Source: Vitrella brassicaformis CCMP3155
Taxonomy: Eukaryota > Protista > Chromerida
Length of the DNA stretch: 64,000 nucleotides
Assembly: GCA_001179505.1 (NCBI GenBank)
Contig: CDMY01000441.1
Coordinates: 12,071-76,070 of the forward strand
Reading direction: 5' to 3'
Position 1 is the stretch's first letter; every line of letters starts with the position of its first letter. The notes below the pieces were generated by a model, which was given only the letters and a program-made list of their open reading frames with translations, was not told the origin of the DNA and made no database searches. Shown here one piece after another: positions 26,501 through 38,325 of this stretch. Both the position numbers and the translations under genes were made by a program.

Positions 26501-28610
26501 ACACCAGCTCCCGACCACAACCACAGCAGCAAGGACCCGCTGCCCCGACCCCCACCACCCCAGCCACAGCCAAACGGCTCTGACGATGCAGGGGCGGGCC
26601 AGCTTCACCCGCCAGATCGCAACACCAGCAGCATCAGCAACAGCGACGAGATCGCAGCGGGGCTGGCGCGCGAGCATGCGGAGGTCCTGCACGCGGGGAG
26701 GGGTCGCGTGACGTGGATCCGTGAGAAGCAGCGGTGGGAGATGCAGTACGAGAGCATCAAGAACACCTCCAAGCCGAGCGAGAGCGTCGAGAAGGGCTTC
26801 AAGCGGCTGCTCGACAGCCTCCAGCGGCACCGCAACAAGGGCAAGACGCGTATGGCGACGGGCCCACCTGGCAGCCAGGGTGGACCCAAGAGGAAAGGCG
26901 ACAGGGATGGCAGTGGAGGCGGCGCGCCCCCAGGTCCCGGTGGAGCTGGGCCAAGTGTTCCTTCTCCATCTGGTGGATCGAGCCATCCTCCTGCCAACAA
27001 CGCGGAAACGAGTGCCGGGCCGTCTGCCGGCAGCCATGCGCCACTGGAGGGAACCACAGGAGCAGCAGCAGCAGCGGCAGGGGGGGAAGAGCAGCCACAG
27101 GGGTCAGGGCTCTTCCGGCTCGCGAGCCAGACCAACGACCACCCGCGAGCAGCTGCCAATGAGCCCCCTCACTGTGACGAGACCATCAGTCCGCTGTCCA
27201 ACCAGACGGTGCGGATCGAGCGTGAAGCTGGCAGGGCTGCAGTGGAGCCACCAGAGGGAGGGATGGCAGCCAAGATTCACCCCCCGCCCATCGCCATCCC
27301 GCCACCACGCACACCACATGCGTCGGGACCGGCCACGCCCTCTCCCAATGACCATCCCCAACCAGCCCACCGGTTTCCCGCCCCCATCCCACGCAAGCCT
27401 GTCGCCGCCTCCAAGCGCCGTCCCGTGCCCCCGCCTCACACCGCAGACAAACACAGACCATCGCCCCCACGGGGAGGGGCGCAGTCTGATCGTCACCCGT
27501 CGCCGCCCGGCAGCAGCCGGCAGTCCCATGATCCGTCGGTCGGCAGCCCCCGTCATGACAGCCATACCAAGAAGGACAAGGACAAGGACGAGCAAGAGCA
27601 TGAGCATGCCCCGCCCAGCAAGCCGCGGAAGCAGCGGATTGAGAGCGACAGTGATGACGACGGAGGCCATCGAGGGAAGGGCAAGGGACATCGCCAGGGG
27701 GCGGCCAAGAGACGAGGTACGCACCGCCAGGAGCAATTGGTCGCATCCACTCCACATGTACACAAACCAACTGGAATGCGTGTGTTGGTGTTGGTTGGTA
27801 TCAGGTCGAGGCGGTCGTCAGCGAGCTCTGTCAAGCCTGGACGGAGAGGAGATGGACGATGCGACGGCCGAGGCGGTGCGGATCAAGAAGCACAAGGGTG
27901 TGTGCTGGAACAGGAAGTGTCAGCGGTGGGCCGTGTCCTACAAGGTCAACAGGGACGGCGCCGGCAAGAAGACGCAGGTCAAGTACTTCGGGCTCAAGCA
28001 GTGGGGCACCGTCCAGAACGCATACAACGAAGGTCAGCACTACAGCCACAACACAGCCACCAGACACAACAGAGACCAAAGGGAAGGAGGTGTTTCTGAG
28101 CACACGTGTCGTCCCTCCTCCCCTCCACACACTGTGTGTGTCTGATTGATACATACAGCCGTGAGGTTCAAGCTATCGCTCCCCTACGGAGGCGGCAGCA
28201 CCTCCAAGAAGGGGGGCGGATCCACCAACCCCGCCAACACCAGCAAGAAGCCCGCCACCAAGAAGAGCCGGAAACTCACCAAAAACCGCGACTATGATGA
28301 GCAGCCCTCCCCCAGCAGCAAGCGCGACAAGCACCAGCAAGGCGAAGAGGACGATGAGGAGAGCGAGTGGGAGTCGTCAAGCTCATCCTCATCCGAGGAG
28401 GAGGAGGAGGAGGAGGAGGAAGGAGAAGGTGATGAAGATGACGAGGAAGGGTCCGATGAGGCCGAGGGATCGGGCGAGGGGGATGGTGAGGGAGAGGGTG
28501 ACACTTCGTTGGAGGACAGCTCGGAAAAGGGCCCACAGAAGAAGAAGACCAAGACGGGAGGCAAGGAGGAAAGAACAACGGGAGGGCAAGACGCCGATAT
28601 GGCTACCTGA
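23579..28610 (+). CDS. ApiAP2-type transcription factor with an N-terminal degenerate SET-like domain and a coiled coil
   Basis: AP2 domain KHKGVCWNRKCQRWAVSYKVNRDGAGKKTQVKYFGLKQWGTVQNAYNE|AVRFKL at about 27880-28180. A continuous in-phase exon chain from ATG 23579 includes VYVDGWPHLVLTNILGTPIHPQDEIVADFGPTWF (SET C-terminal pattern) and RVNELSRQLAEKNKQIAELHQRL across intron 25464-25540. The tail is acidic. Confidence 0.75.
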
Positions 28611-29197
28611 CTGACGGACGGACGGGCAGGCAAGCAGGCAGGCAAGCAGGCAGGCAATTCGGGAGAGGTATTGTGGGCGGCTGACGGCTATGACGTGCTG
28701 CGGTAGGTAGGAGCTTTTGGTGTCAATCGTCCCTACCTGCCAATCCTATCTAACCTAAGCGCCTTTTGGTCACTTTGTATGTGTCGATCGCACGATGGTC
28801 TGTCTGGTGGGGAGGTGAGGTGGTTGACGTGGTGAGTGAGTGAGCAGGTGACGTGACAGCTCTTGTATACTGAGGAGAGAGAGAGAGGGGTCCGGTCCGC
28901 CGGGTGGCTCAGCTGGCTATGCTGCGTCATGTCTTGTTGTAGTATGTGTGGTGTCCGTGCCATTTGTGGGTGCATTTAGATGAGGCGGATGGATGGATGG
29001 ATGGATGGACACTATTCCGTGTTTTTGCCAGATATGCTGCGTGAGCGAGTCGTTGTGAACCAATGGATGGATGGATGGATGTGGTACCTACCTACCGACA
29101 CGCGCAAGACGTTGCGGTGTGTGCGTGTGTGGTCTCTCTAACTTAACCATGGTCCGTGAGTGCGTGGACCGGATCCAGCTCCAGTGAGTGAAGACAT

Positions 29198-32100
29198 TCA
29201 CGAAATGTGCTGCTCATAGTAACTATCACCATCTGTCCGCACAGACACCGTCAAATAACCCGCATCCCTCAACCCCCCCAACAGACCATCCATATAGACC
29301 CACCCGCACCTCACAAACACGGCTGGCTGCCCTATTGGCGCAGGAATGTCTGCCTGCCACCCACCGGCACTGTACACCCGTCCGCTCCACAGATGCACCC
29401 ATCCGTCGGGCTGACTCTTGCAGCCCCGTGTGTCTGGGTGGAATGAGGACGCTTCTTCTTGTCGACGTCGCAGGGATGGGGTGGAGGTTGGCTGACCGGT
29501 GGCGGGTTGTTGCAGGGGGATGGGCGAAGGCCATGGAGGGGGAAAATACGCCTGAACATGAACCCAGATGGACAGAACCTCTGTGTGTGTGGGGGGGCTC
29601 ACCGTGACGGTCTTGGCTCCCTGCGTCAGCACAGGCACCACGAGCAGGTCCTCGCCGACCAGGCATTGACCCAGCAGCTCACTCCACCCGGGCAATGACA
29701 AGGTCTCCTCATTCAGCGGCATATGGAACAGTGTGTGTCGGACGAGGGGCAGGCCATATGCGTGTGCCTGCCGCATGAGGGCCTGCTTGTACGGCGCCAG
29801 CAGGCGGTGTACGGTGGCGAACTTCTTGAGGTGCTCCAACGACTCGCCGTCGGTCCACACCTGCCAGGCGTCCTCGGGACGATTCCCCTGTCCTCCACCC
29901 ATCCATCCATTCGCACCGACCGCACAGACAGAGAGAGAGAGAGGTGCCGCTGCGCTGACCGACCTGTGTGTCTGCTCTGCGTGTGTCCCTCCACCCACCC
30001 CACCTGATGTGTACGCAGTACGGCGTCGGTGAAGGCGTTCATCTCCATCCAGCGCAGCAGCAGCTCCTTGGACCGCACATACACATCCCCGCCACCGCCA
30101 CCATTGGGACTGGGTGCGTCGAGCATGGTGTAGCCGCCCACATCGCTGTGCGTGAGGCTCCACCCACTCAGCCCCGCCGTCAGATGGCCGATCAGCGCGC
30201 TCCGAATGCCGTCGTGCTCATCCCAGCTCGTCAGCTGGTCGCCCAGCCAAAACAGAGGCGTGTACCTCGGCCCCTGCACGCCCCCCGCCCGCATGAAGAA
30301 TATCACCTCCTCCCCGGTCTCTCTCCCATCATCCGACAAAGCATAAGGCGTCTCCTGCAGAGCCTCGTGGTTGACGGACGCCCATAGCTGCGGGAAGGCG
30401 TTGTGGATGTCTCTGCCTCTGCCGCTTGCGAGGGCAGCGTCGAAGGGCAGGTACTCCGAGAAGTCGGCCATCCATCCCGCAACGGGGACGGGCCGGCCGG
30501 TCTCGGAGCGGCATGTGCTGTTGACTGTGTCATCGGAGGGGCAGAACTCGGGCAGATGCAGCATGTGGCAGCGGATCAGCTGCATTGCAGGACATCCATC
30601 GCGACATACGCATACCATAGCGATCGGCACACATGATTGAGTTTATTGAGGCAGACAGACATGTTTCGCTGGCTTTGCTTGCTTACATCAACGAAGAAGT
30701 GCCGTCCTGTCTGGTTGGTCAGATCGACAGTCCCAAATCTGAAGGCAGGGTCCACCGAGTACTGCACATACGGCAGCCCCGACTCGTTCATCACCAGCAC
30801 ACCCGCACCAGCCGCCTCGGCAAACAGGTCCCGCCGGCCCTTCATTCTCGGATCGTCCCCCACCCCTGTCGACAGATAGGGGTTGCTGTAGGTCCACACC
30901 CGCACCTTCTTGTCCATGAGGCGCTTCAGCATGCACTCCCAACCGGGGTAGTGGTGCCGGTCGACGTCCCACGACCACCACAGTCGGATGCCGAAGTCAG
31001 TCTCGCGGACGCCCGTCCAGTCCTGCAGCCACAGGCCGACAAGCGGCACGCCCCGCTCCAGCAGGAAGTCGGCCATCTCCTCTGCTCGTTGGGTGCCGCC
31101 CCAGTAGCCCACGATCACGCCGGCAGAGATCCAGGAGGGCAATACCCGCTGGCGGCCTGTGAAGTGCGTGGCCGTGTGCACCAGAGAGGCCAGAGTGGCC
31201 GTATGCGAATCGCCATCGTCGCGGAGGGGCGTGTGGGTGAATGTGAAGAGCTCCAGCGACAGGAGCGTGCACGGACCCCCGTCTGCCGCCGTACACTCGA
31301 AAGTCTCCTCAAGAGTCTCCGATACCTCTATTGTCGTCTCATTCGGCTCGGTGAAGTCCAGCACACAATAAGCAGAAGAGTTGAGAAAGAGTCCATTGGC
31401 CGCCGAGGTGAGGAAAAGGGGCGTGGCCGTGTAGGTGGTGAATGACGTGCCGGCGGCATGAGGGCTGGTGCGTTCCAGCAGCGTCGTCAGCGGCTGCATC
31501 CCACGACCCACCCCCTGCTCCGACGAGAGAATGGGCACCCGATGGCCCTTGAGGTCGAAATGGGTGAACTGTGTCCCGGCGCCGAAGACGTGCTCGTCTG
31601 CGTCACTCGCCAAGTTGAGGGTCAGCTTGGCTGCCGTCGGTTTACCTCGTATCGCTATCCACGAAAGACCGCTTTGGTTCCACCGCAGATGGTCGCTGGC
31701 GTTTGTCGGAGAGAGCTGAATCTGCCACCGCACGATGGGCCACTTGTTGTGGTCCTTCTCGCTGCTGCCTCTCACTGCCGCATCAGATATGGACGATAAC
31801 ACCACCCGGAAGCTGACGCACTCCCAGCCACGGAGCCGCTGACATGATGACGACCTCTCCTCGCTAACACACAGATCACCCGCGAGAACAGCCGAATCAT
31901 CCCGACCTCCTCGGTCCAAAGTGACGTTGCGCGGGATCTCAAAGGGGCAGAACGGGTCGGCATGGCCCTCATCGAAGCGCTCGTAGAAGTTGCCAGATGA
32001 CTCCTCCATCACAGACGGATCTGCTGACACGTCAAACAGGAACCGATCTGGCGGCGTCCTGACCACCACGTGAGGCGCCGCATCTTCTGTGGCGGTGGCA

Positions 32101-32210
32101 GTGGTGATGTTGAAGCCGCCTGTGGGCGTCCACTGCACGTCGAAGCCGAGGATAGAGACGGAGAGGGCTGAAGTGGCGGTAGCAACCAGGACAAAGAAGA
32201 TCTTACCCAT
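29198..32210 (-). CDS. yihQ: GH31 glycosidase of the sulfoquinovosidase (YihQ) type, with N-terminal signal peptide
   Basis: Motifs EQGVGRG, LWLQDWTGVRETDFGIRLWWSW, YSNPY, GWMADFSEYLP (nucleophile), HNAFPQLWA, IFFMRAG, WLGDQ (acid/base), HSDVGGYT, RSKELLLRW, RTHQ|G and APIGQPAVF follow the YihQ pattern. N-terminus MGKIFFVLVATATSALSVS is hydrophobic. Confidence 0.9.
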
Positions 32211-32333
32211 GAGAGAGATTCTCGTCTTCTTGTGGCGATGTTGCTCTTGTTCTTTCCGGTCCTTTGCTGGGGGTCTCTTCCTCCGCGAGCTTGTGTGTGC
32301 AATTCGCGATCCGCGGGAAGGGAAGATCTGGCA
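32211..32333. promoter_or_regulatory. Putative bidirectional promoter and 5' UTRs between the SQase-like gene and urease
   Basis: Only 123 bp separate the divergent ATGs at 32210 (-) and 32334 (+). No specific element identified. Confidence 0.5.
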
Positions 32334-35300
32334 ATGAAGCTCTCTCCGAAGGAGATCGACAACCTCCTTGTGCACAATGTGGGCTTCCTGGCGCAGAAAC
32401 GGTATAGATCTCTCTCTTAAAGAATCTGCTCACTCATGGCATGGTGCGTGTCGTTGGTATGAGTCATTCACGGTTCAGGCTTGCCCGCGGCATTCGGCTC
32501 AACAGCACTGAGGCGACGGCCCTCATCGCCGCACAAGTGCTGGAGTTCGTTCGCGAAGGTGAGTGCGCCAAGGGGAGGGCTACGGTGTGGTGGGCCGACA
32601 CAGTGTCACGCTGCACTGCCCTGTCTGGATGTCTGTGTAAGCAGGTTACAGGGTGTCCGAGCTGATGCAGAAGGGCCGTGAGCTGCTGGGCTTCAACCAG
32701 GTGCTGCCCGGCGTGGCGGCACTGCTCCACGACGTGCAGGTGGAGGGCACCTTCCCTGACGGCACCAAACTCGTCACGGTACGCTCGCTGACCGGGACAG
32801 ACAGACAGACAGACAGACTGACTGATCTATCTATCTATTGTGTCTGTCATGCTGTGTGATGGGGGGGGCAGGTGCATGACCCGATATGCCGCGAGGATGG
32901 CGACCTCAGCTTGGCGCTTCACGGGTCGTTCCTGCCTGTGCCGGACGTGGCCATCTTTGTGGCTGCTAAGTATCCTGGTGCGTGGGCCTTGGCAGGGGCA
33001 CACACACGCACATAAATAAAGACTGAAAATACGACGGAGAGTGCCCGTGTCTGTGTCTGTGTCTGTGTGCGTCGATGCCTGCCTGCAGGGGACAAGTATC
33101 ACACCGCCGAAAGCTCTCCGACACCAGGTAGGTCGCCAGGTTGGCTGGTGGAGCCGGTCATCCATCGTGTGGATTCTCGTTATGTCTGTGGTTGCTCCCT
33201 CCCATCCCACCACCACTAGGCGAGTTGGTGCCTGCGTCAGGGGAGCTGGTGCTGAATGAGGGCCGCAAGACCGTCACTCTCACTGTCACATCGACCTGCG
33301 ACAGGCCCATCCAGGTAAGGCATGCACAGAAGGATAGATCTTCGTTCCCAAAGGTCGTCTGTTGCTTGCTTGCTTCACTCAGGTCGGCAGCCACTATCAC
33401 TTCATTGAGACGAACCCGTACCTCCGATTCGACCGGGCCAAGGTCAGGTGCCTTACTCTTGCCAAAGAGACTGCATGCGATGCGTGTGCTTCTTCGTGAT
33501 TTGCAGGCGCTGGGGATGCGGCTGAACATCGCCGCGGGCACAGCTGTGCGCTTCGAACCAGGTGGATACCACACCAAGCTATGTGAAATGGTCGGTAGAC
33601 GCCACGCAGGGTGTCATTCATTCGCACAGGCCAGACGCGTCAGGTGCATCTGGTGGAGATCGCCGGCAACAAGAAGGTCTACGGAGGTGCCTCCCTCACT
33701 CACCGACCGCCACCCAGACTAACACACCCTCACCGTCTGTCTGCATGGGGCCGTCCGTCCGTCTGCAGGGAACGGTCTGGTGGACGGCGTGGCCGACCCA
33801 TCCAAGATCCCGGCAGTCCTCGCCAAGCTGCAGCAGCAGGGCTTCCTGCACCAGGAGGAGCCTGGCGCGCAGCCTGCCCCCGTGGCGACCATCCCAAGAT
33901 CCATCTACGCACACACATACGGGTGGGTACCCTACCCTGGCAGCTCTTTTCTCTTGTCGCGTCGCGTCATCCATGTGTGAGCGTGAGTGACATTGCAGGC
34001 CGACAGTGGGCGACAGGTTGCGTCTCGGCGACACGGCTCTCGTGGTTCAGGTGGAGAAGGACTTCACCGTCTATGGCGACGAGTGCAAGTTCGGCGGTGG
34101 GAAGGTGCTCCGTGAGGGTATGGGTCAGATGGCCAACTGCTCACCCGCCAAGGCCCTCGACTGCGTCATCACCAACGCACTCATTATCGACGCCAAACTC
34201 GGTATCGTCAAGGTATGCTATGCTGGCCGCCAGCGGTGCACGCAGTGATTGATGCCTCCATCGTGTCTGTTGTGTATGTGTATGTTATGTGTGCAGGCTG
34301 ACGTTGGTCTCAAGGGCGGCATGATCGTTGGCATTGGGAAGGCCGGCAATCCCGACGTCATGCAGGCGAGCCGAGCCACACGCTCACGACGGACAGACAG
34401 ACATCTGGTGGATGGATGCAGTGCAGGGTCCGTAATATATCTGTCTGTGTGTGTGTGTGCGTGTGTGTGTGTGTGTGTGTGTCTGTGCAGGGTGTGGACG
34501 GTTCCATGTGGGTGGGTGCGACGACCGAGGCCATAGCCGGTGAGGGCTTGATCCTCACCGCCGGCGCCCTCGACGTCCACGTCCACTTCATATGCCCACA
34601 GCTCTACCAAGAGGCCATCGCATCAGGCAAGGCACGCACCCGTCAAGCAGAACACACCACACCACCGCAATCAATCCCATATTTGCAAGCTTCTGAGTGC
34701 TGTGCAGGCATCACGACGCTGCTTGGTGGCGGCACCGGGCCTGCCACTGGCACCAACGCGACGACCTGCACGGCTGGGCCCAAAAACATCAAAGACATGA
34801 TTCTCGCCACAGGCATGGCATGCCTGTGGCGCACAAGAGAACGAACGGCCCATGGAAAGGGCACAGCACACGTGAGGCGTGTGTATGTGTGCAGATGAGT
34901 TCCCAATGAACTTCGCCTTCACTGGCAAGGGCAACACATCGCTGGTGAGTGACAGGAAGGAAGTAAGGGGCAGACCTCTGCTGTTGTGGTGTGTGGGACG
35001 ATCAGTCTGGCGACGAGATCGCCATCGACCTGAAGGAGCAGATCGTTGGCGGCGCCGTGGGCCTCAAGCTTCACGAAGACTGGGGAACCACACCTGCTGC
35101 GATCGACACGTAACCAGCCACCCATCCCCGCCATTGACACACACCTCTCTCTCTCCCTCTCTCCCCATCTCTCCCTCCCTCCCTCTCTCTCTCTCTTTCT
35201 CTCCATCTCTCTCTGTGCAGGTGTCTGCGTGCCGCCGAGGCGTATGACGTGCAGGTGACGATCCACACCGACACCCTCAACGAGTCTGGCTGCGTGGAGC

Positions 35301-36894
35301 ACTCGATCGCCGCCTTCAAGGGCAGGAGCATCCACACCTACCACTCTGAGGGAGCGGGGGGCGGCCACGCGCCCGACATCATGCGGGTGTGCGGGGAGCC
35401 CAACGTGCTGCCGTCTTCGACCAACCCCACGCGGCCCTACACCGTCAACACCATCGACGAGCATGTCGACATGCTGTGTGTGTGCCACCATCTGGACAAG
35501 GCAAGCCAAGGAAAGGCATTAGATAGAGGCGATAGATATTGTGGGCGATATCGTGTGTGTGTGTGTGTGTGTGTGCAGAATCTTAAGGAGGATCTGGCCT
35601 TTGCTGAGTCGCGCATTCGGGCTGAGACCATCCAGGTACACACCCAGAGAGAGAGAGACGTGCAGTATCCCTGCATGAGTGTTTGTGCGCACTCACGTCA
35701 GGCTGAGGACATCCTCCACGACCTCGGCGCCATCTCCACCATGTCGTCAGACTCACAGGCCATGGTCAGCCGCCCAGACACCCACTGGCTAAGTCATGGT
35801 GTGACCTCGCCGCTGCCTGCACACAGGGTCGCATCGGCGAGGTCATCTGCCGCACGTGGCAGACGGCCGACAAGATGAAGAAGCAGAGGGGCCACCTGCC
35901 CGAAGACAAAGACACTGGCGCTGACAACTACAGGGTGGGCGGGCTGGACACGCCACACAGGCACATCACATCCATCGATGGCACTTGTCAGTCTCTGTGT
36001 GTGTGTGTTGTCAGGTGCGTCGTTATATCGCCAAGTACACGGTCAACCCCGCCATCACACACGGCATGAGCCACGTCATCGGATCTGTCGAGGTGGGTGG
36101 GCGGGAGCAGAGAGACAGACAGACAGACAGGCAGACAGACGCACAGAGACCATATCAATGGCCGCTGCTGCAATGACTTGCCTTTGTGTGTGGTGTGTCA
36201 GGTTGGTAAGCTGGCTGATTTGTGTCTGTGGAAGCCGGGCTACTTCGGCACCAAGCCCGAGATCATCATCAAGGGCGGACAAATCGCATGGGCACAAATG
36301 GGTGAGCGGTGGACCGATGGTGGACGGGATCCTCTGTGTGTGTGTGTGCGTGTGTGTGTGTGTTGTGTGCAGGCATGCCCAACGCGTCGATCCCCACCCC
36401 GCAGCCCGTCATGCAGCGCGAAATGTTCGGCTCCTTCGGAAAGGTCAGCACATAGAGACACACATACACACGTGACCGGCCAGGCCACATTCAGCACCAC
36501 CACGGCACGGCCGTGTCTGCGTGTCCATCATTCAGGCGGTTGGCTCCAATTCGCTGGTGTTCGTGTCCAAGGCGTGTGTTGACTCGGGCGTGACCAAGAC
36601 ATGGGGGATTTCAAAGCGTGTGGAGGCGGTCAAGGACATCCGCCGTGTGAAGAAGGCCGACATGGTGCTCAACGCCCACTGCCCCAAGATACACATCGAC
36701 CCGGAACGGTTCCACGTCACAGTCACCGACGACAAGGTGTGTCAGCCACCGACACACACAAAGAGGGGGCGGTCGAGGGATAAAGTAAGTGTGTGTGTTT
36801 GTGTGTGTGTGTGTGCTGACAGGGTGGCTCTGAGCTGCTGCAGTGTGAGCCAGCGTCCGTCCTCCCGCTGGCGCAGAGGTACTTCCTCTTCTGA
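32334..36894 (+). CDS. URE1: Urease, eukaryotic single-chain gamma-beta-alpha fusion, 24 exons by my reconstruction
   Basis: [128 protein letters not shown] and [10 protein letters not shown]. All Ni ligands and flap residues are present. Confidence 0.98.
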
Positions 36895-37314
36895 TCTGTG
36901 GAAAGGTTGGTGCGTGGTGCGTGGTGCGTGCTGTGTGCAACTGTGTGCATGGCAGACATGGAGGAGCATATGTGCGCTCTCTGCGTTCTTCGACACCTCT
37001 CTCTATGTTTGGGCAGTTTTTTCCCCCAAACAAACAGGCAGACTGCTTTATCCACGAACCAGCCGCAAACGGCATCTTTCACATAGGGTCCATGGCGTGT
37101 CTTTCAAATGATAGGTCCATCCATGCAGCTGCACACATCAGAGTGCTCACAAACGTACACATGTTAGTGGGTGTGGGTGTGGGTGTGGGGACGGGGCTGC
37201 ACATGGTGCGGACAGCATCACACACCCATGGTCAGTCATCCCTTGCGTCACTCGAACTCTCCCTCCCCTAATTCTGCACGTAAGTCTGTCTACTCGGCGT
37301 ATCAATGGCGCTGT

Positions 37315-38147
37315 CTAGTAGCCCTCGGCCTCCTTCTGAGCATACACACCGGCACAACACAGCACAGCACATGCAGCAGAACAGAACCAACACATGAACG
37401 AGCCCACTGCGGGTGCCGTACCTGCGCGTAGCTGCCGCGGAGGCATCTGCCCTTCCCATCGCAAAAGCACCCCATCCCCGCGGCTTTCGCTCCCTTGACG
37501 TCGTAGTCGGGGGACTGGTCAGTCTCGTACACACACGGGGTCCACCGCTCCTTGTTCTTGCATCTCTGGTTAAAATCCCCGCAGCCAGTCGTCTCGGACC
37601 CACTGCCAATCCCTGCACGACCACATACAACATTTGTGTGTGGCCCACTGCCATGGGGCTCTCTCGCCGACCTTCCTGTGTGTGTGTGATGTCCTTGATG
37701 AGTCGTTCGGCCGTGTGGATGGCGTCGCGGGCAGTCTTGGTCATCTCCGCCGCGGCGGCCATCATGGCCCTGGCGCCCTTGAGCTGCTGCTGCGCCACCA
37801 GCAACTTCTGCAGCTGCTGAATGGCAGCTGCAGCGCCGTACGTCAACGTGTCTGCACATTGCATTTCATTCAGCCAGAGGGAAAGCGAGATCTCGGTAGG
37901 TACGTCGCATGGTGGCAGATCTGCGCTTGCAGATGGATGGTGGCACAAATGAATCTACTGTACCCACCTCGAACACCCTCCTTGCGACGCGCCGTCGTGG
38001 CGAACGCTGCATATATCAACGCACAAAGAGGGAATGCACGGGTGGGTGCAGGGGCGGTCTGGTGTGGTGGGTGCTCATCCTCGTGTGTGTACCGTTGGCC
38101 GCCGCAACAGCAGCAAACAAGACGAGAAGAGCCGTAATGCCCCTCAT
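37315..38147 (-). CDS. Small secreted protein: signal peptide, Ala/Gln coiled coil, 6-Cys C-terminal domain
   Basis: MRGITALLVLFAAVAAAN..., AIQQLQKLLVAQQQLKGARAMMAAAAEMTKTARDAIHTAERLIKDI, GCGDFNQRCKNKERWTPC...GCFCDGKGRC, ending KEAEGY*. Internal junctions are partly uncertain. Confidence 0.55.
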
Positions 38148-38325
38148 TTCTCTCCTCTGGTTCGGTTCGGATTCAGCGAGTTTACGAATCGCTGTTGGGG
38201 GCGAGACTGTGCGTCTCACGGCAACGGCCCAGTCGCCGCGGCCTTGTCGGCGTTTCATCGTGCAGGCATCCAAATTCTTTGCATGCAGCGCCACCAGCGC
38301 TGTATATGGATGTGAGCCAGTTGGA

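Noticed and set aside
32334-36894. Urease accessory cluster (UreD/F/G, Ni transporter)
   Set aside because: None of the neighbouring genes resembles these; eukaryotic accessory genes are usually unlinked.
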